The position numbers and the translations under genes were made by a program. The notes below the pieces were generated by a model that did no database searches, was not told the DNA's origin, and worked only from the letters and a program-made list of their open reading frames with translations. Below are positions 47,524 through 57,066 of a stretch of 64,000 nt of DNA, piece after piece (position 1 is the first letter of the stretch; each line of letters begins with the position of its first letter). Origin of the DNA: an uncultured Acidobacteriaceae bacterium (GTDB taxonomy: Bacteria; Acidobacteriota; Terriglobia; Terriglobales; Acidobacteriaceae); the NCBI GenBank assembly GCA_963826875.1, contig CAWGYP010000023.1:458602-522601 (forward strand), given 5' to 3'.

Positions 47524-50160
47524 ATGTCCTTCTTTCGCCGCATATCCAATCTCTTCTTTCGCTCCCGCATCGATCAGGAAATCGACCAGGAGCTTACAGC
47601 GCACATCGAGATGAGGTATGAGGAAAATCTGGCTGCCGGAATGTCTTCGGCGGACGCACGCCGCGACGCACTCCTCCGCTTTGGAAACCGCGCTGCCACC
47701 AAGGAGAGCGTGACCGGTGCCGATGCTGCCCTGATGCTCGCGACCATCTGGTCCGATCTGCGCTATGCATCCCGGCAGCTGTTGAAGAATCCACTCTTTG
47801 CAGCCACCGCCATTCTGGTGCTGGGCCTGGGTATTGGCTCAAGCGTCACACTTTTCGCGTTTGTGGATGCAGCGCTGATCAGGCCGCTCCCTTATAGCCG
47901 GCCATCGCGGCTGGCAGCCGTGTTCGAAAGCAATCCAATGGGTCCCAGGTTTCATCTCTCCTATCTCGATTACCTCGACTATAAAAAACTAAACACCGTC
48001 TTCAGTTCTCTCGATGCCTACAAGCACGACGACGTTCTGTTAACCACACCCCGGGGCGTTGAACAAGTCCGCGGATCACAGGTGAGCGACGGATTTTTTC
48101 GTACACTGGGCGTTCAACCGATCTTAGGCCGCAACTTTGCAGACGGCGAGGACCTGCCCAGCGCGCCTCGCCACGTGTTGCTGACTTATGCTGCCTGGCA
48201 GAACAGGTATGGAGGAAGTAGCAACGTATTGGGCCAGTCCGTCACCCTGGATGGAAATACGAACACCATCATCGGTGTGCTGCCTCCGTCTTTCCACTTC
48301 GCACCCACCGAACCCACCGAATTCTGGTCAACACTCCATCTCTCTATGGCTGAAGATCGTGGGGCGCACGGCCTATCAGCCATTGCCCGTCTTAAAGACG
48401 GAGTCACGATGAATGCCGCTGCAGCCAATATGACCAGCCTCGGGGAGCAGTTAGCTCGGCAATACCCGAAGGAAGATAACGGACGAGGCTCGACCATCGC
48501 ACCACTAGGGGAAGTCGTGCTCGGCAATATGCGGCCAATCCTCCTGGTTTTGCTGGGCGGCGCTTCCCTTCTGTTGCTCATCGCGTGCCTGAATGTCGGA
48601 AGCCTGCTACTCGTTCGCAGCGAGAGCCGCAGGCGCGAGGTTGCGGTCCGTGGCGCGTTGGGAGCCTCGCACCTCAGGCTGCTCCGCCAGTTCATCACGG
48701 AAGGACTTTTACTGGTTTCGCTGGGGACGGTTCTCGGGCTGGGAGCAGCGTTTCTTGCCGGCCAAGTGTTATTGCGGATGATCCCGGTATTAGTACTTGA
48801 TCGGATGCCATATCTTCGCGAGACCGGAATGAACGCGCATGTAATTGTGTTTGCATGCACAGTCGCAATTCTGGCACTCCTGTTGTTTTCGCTTTTTCCA
48901 GCCATGCGTCTCTACTTGTCAGGCAAATCGCTTGGTATGCAGGCCCAGCTTGCGGAAGGCGGACGCGGATCAGCCGGGACGCTCTGGCGCCGCATCGGCC
49001 CAACCCTGGTATTGGTCGAGTTGGCCACGGCGATGGTGCTCCTCACGGGAGCGGGTCTGCTCGGCAAGAGCTTTTACCGCTTGCTCCATACCGACATCGG
49101 CTTCAGACCCGAAAAACTGGCGGCTCTCGGAGTTTCAGCATCCGGGATGAACTACACCACGGACGCACAGAATGTCGTTTTGGGAAAATCACTCGTGCAG
49201 CAGCTCAAGAGCTTGCCGGGCGTTGAGAATGTGGGGATCTGCTCCCAGTTGCCGCTCGGTGAGGGCTTCGGCAGCACAGGAGTGAATATTGTCGGGCGCC
49301 CCCTGAGCAAGACACCCTCTGAAGAAAATGGCAGGGTGGTCAGTTCGAACTATTTTGCCACTATGGGCACGCGCCTGCTACGCGGCCGCTTCTTCACAGA
49401 GGATGACAATGCTTCCAAACCGCCCGTCATGATCATCAACCAGGCGTTCGCACGGAAGTACTTTCCTGATCAGGATCCCCTCGGCCAGCGAATCTACAAC
49501 GGCGATCCCACGCATGCCATGGAGATCGTCGGCCTCGTCGAGGATCTTAAAGAAGGGCCGCTCGATGTTGAGACAAGGCCAGTGATGTATACCGCCTTCG
49601 ATCAGGAACCGGAAAATTGGTTTTATGTCGTCGTCCGCAGTACCCTGCCAGAGCAGATGCTTCTGCCCACCCTGGTTGCCGCCATTCACCAGCTTGACCC
49701 TAGCATCGCGACCTCTGACGAGACCTCGATGAGCGTGAGACTTCATGACTCTTCGGCTGCCTATCTTCATCGCTCCTCGGCCTGGCTGGTGGGAGGCTTT
49801 GCGGCCGTCGCGCTGCTGCTGAGCGTGGTCGGCCTTTACGGCGTTATCTCCTATTCAGTAACCCAGCGAACCCGCGAAATCGGTGTCCGCATGGCGGTGG
49901 GAGCGGAACGTGCTTCCGTCTATCTCTTGGTTTTGAAACAGGCCGGCAAACTCACCGCCATCGGTATCGTCGCTGGCCTTATCTGTTCGGTGGGCGCAGC
50001 GATCCTGATGCGCAAACTGCTCTTTGGCACGCAGGCATGGGACGTCACCACGCTCGTCGCCGTCGCCGTGGTCCTCGCCCTTTCGGCCATGTTGGCAAGC
50101 TATCTACCGGCGCACCGCGCTGCAAGTGTAAATCCCGCGGATGCCCTGCGCGCCGAATAG
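47524..50160 (+). CDS. ADOP-type duplicated MacB/FtsX-like permease
   Basis: ATG 47524, 10 nt after the PadR stop. Two FtsX modules. C-terminal EIGVRMAVGA...ADALRAE. Confidence 0.9.
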   Translation: MSFFRRISNLFFRSRIDQEIDQELTAHIEMRYEENLAAGMSSADARRDALLRFGNRAATKESVTGADAALMLATIWSDLRYASRQLLKNPLFAATAILVLGLGIGSSVTLFAFVDAALIRPLPYSRPSRLAAVFESNPMGPRFHLSYLDYLDYKKLNTVFSSLDAYKHDDVLLTTPRGVEQVRGSQVSDGFFRTLGVQPILGRNFADGEDLPSAPRHVLLTYAAWQNRYGGSSNVLGQSVTLDGNTNTIIGVLPPSFHFAPTEPTEFWSTLHLSMAEDRGAHGLSAIARLKDGVTMNAAAANMTSLGEQLARQYPKEDNGRGSTIAPLGEVVLGNMRPILLVLLGGASLLLLIACLNVGSLLLVRSESRRREVAVRGALGASHLRLLRQFITEGLLLVSLGTVLGLGAAFLAGQVLLRMIPVLVLDRMPYLRETGMNAHVIVFACTVAILALLLFSLFPAMRLYLSGKSLGMQAQLAEGGRGSAGTLWRRIGPTLVLVELATAMVLLTGAGLLGKSFYRLLHTDIGFRPEKLAALGVSASGMNYTTDAQNVVLGKSLVQQLKSLPGVENVGICSQLPLGEGFGSTGVNIVGRPLSKTPSEENGRVVSSNYFATMGTRLLRGRFFTEDDNASKPPVMIINQAFARKYFPDQDPLGQRIYNGDPTHAMEIVGLVEDLKEGPLDVETRPVMYTAFDQEPENWFYVVVRSTLPEQMLLPTLVAAIHQLDPSIATSDETSMSVRLHDSSAAYLHRSSAWLVGGFAAVALLLSVVGLYGVISYSVTQRTREIGVRMAVGAERASVYLLVLKQAGKLTAIGIVAGLICSVGAAILMRKLLFGTQAWDVTTLVAVAVVLALSAMLASYLPAHRAASVNPADALRAE

Positions 50161-50270
50161 CCGGAAAGTTGCGGCGCCCGGGGTGTTGAGTGGGTGAAGG
50201 TTGCATTTTGATTTTCGACAGCCAAGTGTAGTGCTGGGACCTGTTCTTCTGTGGGCCAGTCCTTCCGCGC

Positions 50271-52262
50271 TCACCCTTGAAACGCAACCGACAGTACGGT
50301 AATGTCATCGGCCTGGCCAAATCCTATGGCGGTATTAGCGATGACGTGAGCCGGTTGGGTGCTTAGGGCAGCGGTGCGCTCGAAGCCTAAGAGCTCGCGA
50401 TGCTGGGTGGCTTCCGGAACACCATCCGTGATCAGAGTGAGTAGATCGCCGGGTACCAGTTGCAGAGTCTGCTCGGGAAACTCCGCGTCGGCGGTGATGC
50501 CGAGCGGCAGCGCTGCCTCGGTGGCGAGCTCGATCCCGTTGCGATAAGGCGCCAGGTGCCCGGCATTGGAAATTGTCAGAGTGCCGGAAGAAGACAGGCG
50601 GAGAACCACACAGGTGGTGAAACTGCTTCCGCGGCCTAGCAGGCGCCGATTCAGACCTGCAAGAACCTCACCGGGAGACTGCGTGTACTCGACCAGAGAG
50701 CGCAGGGCGCCAACCAGAAGGGAAACCGTCATAGCAGCGGGAAGACCCTTTCCTGCTACGTCGCCGATGACGATCAGGGTGTGGGCCGGAGTGTTCGAAG
50801 CGAGTGCCGGCAATGGGAAGATTTGGTAGAAATCGCCGCCAACCTCCTGCGCAGGGTGATAGGCGGTTTCGATTCTAAGGCCCGGAATATCAGGGAGGTT
50901 TTCGGGTATGAGGACCTGCTGGAGCGTACGGGCTGCCTCCAGATCGGAAATGTATTGCTGCTCGCTGGCCCGGGACTGGGCAAAACGACGGATGAGAAAA
51001 GCAAGCAGAGCGACGACAAAGATGAGCTGGACAAGAGCATCCAGTTGAAACGGAAAAGGCCTGCGCACAATGCTCCACGCGCCGGTGGAGGCAATGCGAC
51101 GCTGCCAGCCGAACTGGAAGGAAGACAGCAGCAGGCCATTGACAATATTCGTACCGTACAGCAAAAGTGTGGGCACGAGGAGGAGGCGAGCATTCAGGTT
51201 TCCGGCGAAGCTACGCCGTAATAACAGCGCAATAATCCACAGTGCGATCGGCACATCAAAAAGCACACGCAAGGTCGTAGTGGTGGCCGCGGAAGCCCAG
51301 CGAAAGACGTAGAGGAACACATTCAAGGGATCGAGGAGTGCCGTGATGAGGACAACGCGCCACAACCACGACCGCCGCGCCTCGAGGATGCGGGAAAAGA
51401 AGAAAAGGGCGGCCGCAATTCTGAGCGCGCCAAAGGTCTCGGCAGCGAAGTCGCTCCACGCCAGGGGAAAGTTGAAGAGGAAGCCGGAGACGAATAGAAC
51501 ACAAAGCAGCGCATCCGATATGAGAAGGATGGCGAACCAAACGTACTCGCGTTCCGATCTACGCGAGAGGTAAAGGCCGAACACGGTAAAGCCCACGATC
51601 GCGTCTAAGATGCCAACGGTGTAGAAGTCGACGATGCGGGTGGAGCGGTCTGCTTCGACGAGCTGGAACTGGCGTTCGAGTAAAGCGGCGTCACCCACCA
51701 GTCCGCCACCGTAACGCGGCCCACCCCCGAGGTAGGCGGCGAAGGTGGGGTGGTGCCATACCCGAATGGCGAGCTGGAGCGTAGCTCCGGCGGCGGCGGG
51801 GGGCAGGCGGTAAAGCAACGTCTGATTAAACTGCAGGCTCCCGTGCGGGGGCATTTTGCCGAAGCCGCCAATCCTGTGGCCGTTGTCAAAAACTTCGTAA
51901 TCGGTGAGGACGGAAGGCAGCAGAATGGCCAGGGGCATTGTCTGTGCGGGGGCGCGGACGGTGAAACGGTACCAGGCGAAGCCGCTCAAGCCGCTATAGC
52001 CCTGGATGGACCAGGGCTGGTCGGAACGGAGGAGCGGCCAGGCGGAGTCGTCAAATCCGGGATCTGCCCACTGGGGGTCGTCGCCGGGATGAAACCGCCA
52101 CTGGCCGTCGAGAGAGACGACGGGCTGGCGATCGGTCAACAACGAGAATGTGGCCGGCCCGGGCGGCGAGTCCAGGGACAAAACCGGCTGAGGCTTGGCC
52201 TTAGTGCTCGCCAGAGCAAAGAGAGCGACAACGAGTAGTACGTGGCAACATACCCTGTTCAT
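50271..52262 (-). CDS. PP2C/SpoIIE-family phosphatase with 7TMR-DISM-like sensor
   Basis: Signal, an extracellular beta-rich region and about 7 TM helices. C-terminal GGDFYQIF...IGDVAGKGLPAAMTVS...ITDGVPEA. Confidence 0.8.
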   Translation of the reverse strand: MNRVCCHVLLVVALFALASTKAKPQPVLSLDSPPGPATFSLLTDRQPVVSLDGQWRFHPGDDPQWADPGFDDSAWPLLRSDQPWSIQGYSGLSGFAWYRFTVRAPAQTMPLAILLPSVLTDYEVFDNGHRIGGFGKMPPHGSLQFNQTLLYRLPPAAAGATLQLAIRVWHHPTFAAYLGGGPRYGGGLVGDAALLERQFQLVEADRSTRIVDFYTVGILDAIVGFTVFGLYLSRRSEREYVWFAILLISDALLCVLFVSGFLFNFPLAWSDFAAETFGALRIAAALFFFSRILEARRSWLWRVVLITALLDPLNVFLYVFRWASAATTTTLRVLFDVPIALWIIALLLRRSFAGNLNARLLLVPTLLLYGTNIVNGLLLSSFQFGWQRRIASTGAWSIVRRPFPFQLDALVQLIFVVALLAFLIRRFAQSRASEQQYISDLEAARTLQQVLIPENLPDIPGLRIETAYHPAQEVGGDFYQIFPLPALASNTPAHTLIVIGDVAGKGLPAAMTVSLLVGALRSLVEYTQSPGEVLAGLNRRLLGRGSSFTTCVVLRLSSSGTLTISNAGHLAPYRNGIELATEAALPLGITADAEFPEQTLQLVPGDLLTLITDGVPEATQHRELLGFERTAALSTQPAHVIANTAIGFGQADDITVLSVAFQG

Positions 52263-52695
52263 TCCTACGCCCCGAACGAGTTTAGATGAGAAAACGGATT
52301 CCACTAAGCGCGTTGGATGCGAAGTCCTCAAGAAAATCGAACCCGGCTCGAGGATGGCAGGGGATGGTCGAAAGATACTGGTTATGTAGGGGCAGAATAT
52401 GATCTTATGAATATCTCCCCCACTCGAGTGGGTAGATAGATGTGCATCCTGGTAGGTCCGTGTCTGCTACAACCCCGCGATTTCAGCCTTGTCCCGGTCT
52501 TCCCGAACCAAAGGTGTCTCTCCGTCTCTTTCTCGTGCGCACCATTCATGATTGGGACAAGCATGCCGTTAACACATGCGAAGACTAGGCACATGATCAT
52601 CGCGCGAACCGGCTGTCCATCCAGCAAATTGTCGATGGACGACCTCGTGGAATACATCCTCCCGCTAAAACCCATCAGATCGCCTCGCCTGCTGT

Positions 52696-55284
52696 TTGGG
52701 AGACGCGAAGCAGGTGACATTGAGAATTGATCGTACAGCAGTAGTCATTATCGGCGGAGGCCCGGCGGGTCTAGCCCCTCTGCTCGCGGCTCATCGACGC
52801 GGCCGTCTCGCGGAATTGCTGGAACAAGGTGTCACGGTGGTGGAGCAATCGGCTGCCGTTGGCGAGGGCAGCATCGGTCGCTGGTGCATCAACTCCGACA
52901 GTACTGGTTTCACCTTCGCCGATTGCCTCACCGGACCACCCGGCGGCGAGCTTGAGCCATTACGCAGTCATCCTCTTACCAAAGAATTTCTGCAAGCGGG
53001 CGATGGCACGGTCCCGCTTCGCCGCGCAGGCGAATTCCTGGCATTAGTCGGGCAAGCGATGAACGAGGTAATCGCGGCCCGGCCCAACAGCCGTGTTCTG
53101 AATCGATGCAAAGCAATTTCGACCCGCCGCACCGCCACCGGGTGGCTCACGCGCATCGAAGAGGTCGCAACTGGCCGGGAGCAAACCGTCCATTCCCGAA
53201 ATGTGGTGCTGGCAACCGGGGCCTCGCAGCCATCAGAACGGCTGCGGGGCGAAACCGTGGCCGGCGCCAACCTGGTAGAGCGATGGGGCGAAAAGTTACT
53301 CCAGTCCAGCGAGGTGCTGACCGCCTCAGGTTTCGCCTCGATTTCTGCTCGTCTGGCCGCATTGGGCAGGCCCCCGCGGGTCGCCATTATTGGCGGATCC
53401 ACGAGCGCGGCGGCCATTGCGCATGCCCTGCTGAATCGAATGCCCGGTGTCGGTTTCGGTCCAAAGGGAGTGACCATCGCCCACCGGCGGCCATTGCGAA
53501 TTTTCTATCCCAACGTAGATGCGGCGCTTGCCGACGGTTATATAGAATTCGGCCCGGACGACATCTGCCCGGTCAGTGGCCGGGTATTCCGTCTGGCGGG
53601 GTTCAGGTTAGAGTCGCGCGAGTTGATCATGCGAGCGCGCGGCATCGGTGGGCTCCCACCCGAGCCTCGCCTCCAGTTACATCGCCTCGGCATCGACGAT
53701 GCGGTTTCACGGTCGCTGCTGGACAAAGCAGACATTATCATTGCCGCCCTGGGATACCGGCCGCACGCGTTGCCGGTCTTTGATGAAGCGGAGAACCCGG
53801 TTCCCCTTCTGGCCCAAACAGGTCCTCAGGCACCGCTTGTGGATGGCAGTTGCAGGGTGCTGGACGCGCAGCACAGCCCGCTCCCCGGATTATTCGCGAT
53901 AGGGTTGGCAGCCGGGTTTGTCCCCCATGGAAAGCTCGGTGGGGAACCAAGCTTCAGGGGCCAGGCAAATGGCCTCTGGCTGTGGCAGAGCGATGTCGGC
54001 GGGTTGATTGTCGATGCCATCCTCGATTCGTCCGTCGACAAAGACAACGACCACGCACGAGGTCGAAGCGTGAAGATTCCGCTGGTTCGTCCCGCGCCCG
54101 CAAGGCTTTCACTCGCAGTCCCGGAGCTCGAAGCGCTCGAAGCAAGTGGGATGTTTAGCAATTTCGGCCCCGTCAATACGCGCTTCGAGCAGGAAATGCT
54201 GGCGCGCTTCTTCGCTGGTGAAGGCGCCTGCACCACCGTCTGCAATGCAACGATCGGACTTATGTTGGCCATCAAGGATGCGGTTGGGGATCAACCTCCC
54301 GGCCGGTTTGCCCTGATGCCGGGCTTCACCTTCGCGGCCGCGGCGCACGCGGCGCTTTGGTGTGGCCTCACTCCCCTCTTGTGCGACATTGATCCCGTCC
54401 ACTGGGCGGCCGGCATGGAAGCAGAGTCAGCGATGCTGGCCCGCTTCGCCGGCAAGATTGCCATTGTGATCCCCTACGCGACTTTCGGCTACCCAATCGA
54501 CCTCGAGCACTACACGCGGCTCAGCAATCGGCTCGGTGTTCCCGTTGTCGTGGACGCGGCTGCCTCTCTGGGCACGTTTGACGCACATGGACGAGGTTTC
54601 GGGAGCGGCTTTGCGGGTAGCGTCGTCTTTTCCATGCACGCAACCAAGTCTTTTGCCGTAGGCGAAGCAGGATTGATTTACAGCGCAAATCCGGATCGTA
54701 TCGCAAGACTCCGGGCCATGAGCAATTTCGGATTTGGAGAGCCACGCACTGCGACTATGCCTGGCTTAAACGCAAAACTCAGTGAAGTGAACGCGCTGCA
54801 GGGACTGCTGCACCTTGCCAATTACGATGGCATTCTTGCCCGAAGGGCCGCACTCCACGACCACTACCGCCAGGCTCTCCCGGAATTGGAGTTCCAGTTG
54901 AAAGCGCCAGGGATGCAGGCCCATCAATTTGTGCCCGTGCTGTTGCCGCCCGGCATGGGAAGCCGCAGGGACTCCATTCGCGCCGAGTTAGCAGATAGCG
55001 GAATCATTACTGGACATTATTTCAGTCCACATTTACTTGAGCAGCCGTATTTCCGGAAAGTATGTGTCGGAGGGCCGGTGCCGGTTTGTGACGATGTTTC
55101 TGCAAGGATCCTGAGCCTGCCCCTGTTCGATACAATGACCCAAGATGAAGTTGAAAAAGTGTCCGATTGCCTGCACAAGGCTATTGGTGTTGCGCAGCAA
55201 GAAAATAGGAACCGCAAGCCGTCACGCAGCGACCACGACATCCGACTGGTTTATGGACCGGTCAGACCCGAGAGTGAGAGATGA
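52696..55284 (+). CDS. Fusion protein: FAD/NAD(P)-binding monooxygenase-like domain + DegT/DnrJ/EryC1-type PLP aminotransferase
   Basis: N-terminus: VVIIGGGPAGLAPLL, VVLATGASQP, VAIIGGSTSAAAIA (two dinucleotide folds). C-terminus: FGPVNTRFEQEM...CNATIGLMLAI...VFSMHATKSFAVGEAGLIYS (PLP lysine context). An alternative start is GTG 52714. Confidence 0.75.
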   Translation: MGDAKQVTLRIDRTAVVIIGGGPAGLAPLLAAHRRGRLAELLEQGVTVVEQSAAVGEGSIGRWCINSDSTGFTFADCLTGPPGGELEPLRSHPLTKEFLQAGDGTVPLRRAGEFLALVGQAMNEVIAARPNSRVLNRCKAISTRRTATGWLTRIEEVATGREQTVHSRNVVLATGASQPSERLRGETVAGANLVERWGEKLLQSSEVLTASGFASISARLAALGRPPRVAIIGGSTSAAAIAHALLNRMPGVGFGPKGVTIAHRRPLRIFYPNVDAALADGYIEFGPDDICPVSGRVFRLAGFRLESRELIMRARGIGGLPPEPRLQLHRLGIDDAVSRSLLDKADIIIAALGYRPHALPVFDEAENPVPLLAQTGPQAPLVDGSCRVLDAQHSPLPGLFAIGLAAGFVPHGKLGGEPSFRGQANGLWLWQSDVGGLIVDAILDSSVDKDNDHARGRSVKIPLVRPAPARLSLAVPELEALEASGMFSNFGPVNTRFEQEMLARFFAGEGACTTVCNATIGLMLAIKDAVGDQPPGRFALMPGFTFAAAAHAALWCGLTPLLCDIDPVHWAAGMEAESAMLARFAGKIAIVIPYATFGYPIDLEHYTRLSNRLGVPVVVDAAASLGTFDAHGRGFGSGFAGSVVFSMHATKSFAVGEAGLIYSANPDRIARLRAMSNFGFGEPRTATMPGLNAKLSEVNALQGLLHLANYDGILARRAALHDHYRQALPELEFQLKAPGMQAHQFVPVLLPPGMGSRRDSIRAELADSGIITGHYFSPHLLEQPYFRKVCVGGPVPVCDDVSARILSLPLFDTMTQDEVEKVSDCLHKAIGVAQQENRNRKPSRSDHDIRLVYGPVRPESER

Positions 55285-55293
55285 GGGGCGGCC

Positions 55294-56208
55294 ATGAGCA
55301 GTGTTGCGTCATCATGCGCCGTCGTTTTCAAGGCTTACGCCTGGGATGAATTTGTTGAGCGCCAGGCGCGGCGTCTCGCTCAGGTTGCCGGCTCTCTGGA
55401 CTTTTATGTTTTGATCGATGAAACCGCCAGACCGGTGGGGCCGGTGCCTTTCGACCGCGTGATTCGTTTCACCTGTGCCGAGTTGGAAACCGCGGGTCTG
55501 GCAATGCGCTTCGGACTTGGTGGAGTGCTGTGGTGGAATCCGGATTACGCCCACTATCACTTCCTGACGCAGTGTCCAAATTACGACTATTACCTGTTCA
55601 TTGAATATGACTGCGTGGTACAAGGCTCCCTGCAGAACTTTGTGACCCGTGCCATCTCACGAGGGGCGGATTTGATCGCGTTACCGATCAAACGGCCATT
55701 TGACCTATGGCACTGGAGACCCTATCAGGCCGATGTTTATCTTCCAGGTGAAGTCAAACTCGCTTTGCTCAACGTGTGTTTTCTTTCTGCTCCTGCTTTG
55801 AAGATATTGCAACAACGACGGCTCGATATGAAGGGTGATCCTTCTGTTCGCGGTTGGCCGAGCAGTGAAGTGTTTCTACCGACCGAAGTCGTGCGGGCGG
55901 GCATGACGTGGCTATCATTGGCCGAGTTTGGCGACGTTTCCCGGTATGATTGGTTCCCTCCGACCTTGGAAGAAGATCTGGCGCCCGGCGATCGAAACGT
56001 CTTCATCCACCCGGTGCTCGACCGGCGACGTTTCCTCGCTTCTATATTCCACAATCGCGGTTCACTCCCGCGCGGCGAATTAAAGCACATCCTCGCTCGT
56101 TTCCCGCGCAAGGAATATGCGAAGCTCATATGGCCAGCGGCCCGCAATCGTGCGGTCAGGCGAATACGCCACAAACTGATCCGTTGGCGAGAGCAATCGG
56201 GTTGGTGA
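55294..56208 (+). CDS. Hypothetical protein (possible nucleotide-sugar transferase-like fold, very tentative)
   Basis: 304-aa ORF starting 10 nt after the fusion gene. YLFIEYDCVV could be a DxD-like motif. No family recognised. Confidence 0.5.
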   Translation: MSSVASSCAVVFKAYAWDEFVERQARRLAQVAGSLDFYVLIDETARPVGPVPFDRVIRFTCAELETAGLAMRFGLGGVLWWNPDYAHYHFLTQCPNYDYYLFIEYDCVVQGSLQNFVTRAISRGADLIALPIKRPFDLWHWRPYQADVYLPGEVKLALLNVCFLSAPALKILQQRRLDMKGDPSVRGWPSSEVFLPTEVVRAGMTWLSLAEFGDVSRYDWFPPTLEEDLAPGDRNVFIHPVLDRRRFLASIFHNRGSLPRGELKHILARFPRKEYAKLIWPAARNRAVRRIRHKLIRWREQSGW

Positions 56209-56267
56209 TCGGTGTCTCAGCCCGGTGCGCATTTTCGCCGATCGACTCCGGGGCTTGCAATACTCCC

Positions 56268-56575
56268 GGGCTTTAGCCGCTGCGTGAGAAATCAATCCTG
56301 GAAGGGCACGGCTTCAGCCGTGCCGTAAATGACTCTGCGGCTTTAGCCGCTGAGGTACGTTTTTTCCATCCTCTAAATTCTCTTTTGAGTTAAAAAAATC
56401 AGGCGGTGGAAAAACTCTGTTTTGTATCAGGGCACGACTTCAGTCGGGCCGTAAATGACTAAAAACACGTCGGGCTTTAGCCCCTGAGGTACGCTTTTCT
56501 ACCTCAACAACGTCTTTTTCTGCAGCCTGTAAAGCCTGGGAGCTCTCAACGAATTGCGGCACGGCTGAAGCCGTG
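56268..56575. repeat. REP-like double-hairpin modules (about 3 copies)
   Basis: GGCACGGCTTCAGCCGTGCCGTAAATGACT (56305) and its variants at about 56430 and 56547. GCGGCTTTAGCCGCTGAGGTACG (56337) and variants at 56268 and 56471. Confidence 0.7.
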
Positions 56576-56657
56576 GCCTCCCAAGGCAGAGTTCCCACGC
56601 AGCCTGTTTGGCACCTGAGGGCTCCTTTTTTCCTTTTTAATCCCTCACGCAAGTTCT

Positions 56658-57053
56658 TCACTTCCGTTGCAGAAGATCCCAACGATTCCCGTATAGATCT
56701 TCAAAAACGGCGACCGTGCCGTAGCTCTCTTCTCGCGGTTCTTCACAGAAGCGAACTCCCTTATCCCGCATGGCACGAAAGTCGCGCCAGAAGTCATCGC
56801 TGTGAAGGAAGAGGAATACGCGCCCTCCCGTTTGGTCGCCGATTCTCTGCTTCTGCTGCTCAGTAGAGGCCTCTGCCAGAAGCAAGCGTGATTCGGTTGA
56901 GCCTGGAGGAGCCACTACGACCCAATGCTTACCATCTGCAAGCACCGTATCCTCGACGAGGATGAAACCCAGAACATCGCAGTACCACGCCTTAGCTTCT
57001 TCGTAGTTGCGCACTACGAGTGTGACGTATACGATGTGCTGCTGCTTATCCAT
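56658..57053 (-). CDS. VOC/glyoxalase-family protein
   Basis: Start moved to ATG 57053 (MDKQQHIVYVTLVVRNYEEAKAWYCDVLGF...AVFEDLYGNRWDLL). This avoids overlap with the kinase gene. Confidence 0.8.
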   Translation of the reverse strand: MDKQQHIVYVTLVVRNYEEAKAWYCDVLGFILVEDTVLADGKHWVVVAPPGSTESRLLLAEASTEQQKQRIGDQTGGRVFLFLHSDDFWRDFRAMRDKGVRFCEEPREESYGTVAVFEDLYGNRWDLLQRK

Positions 57054-57066
57054 CGTCACTTCCAAC

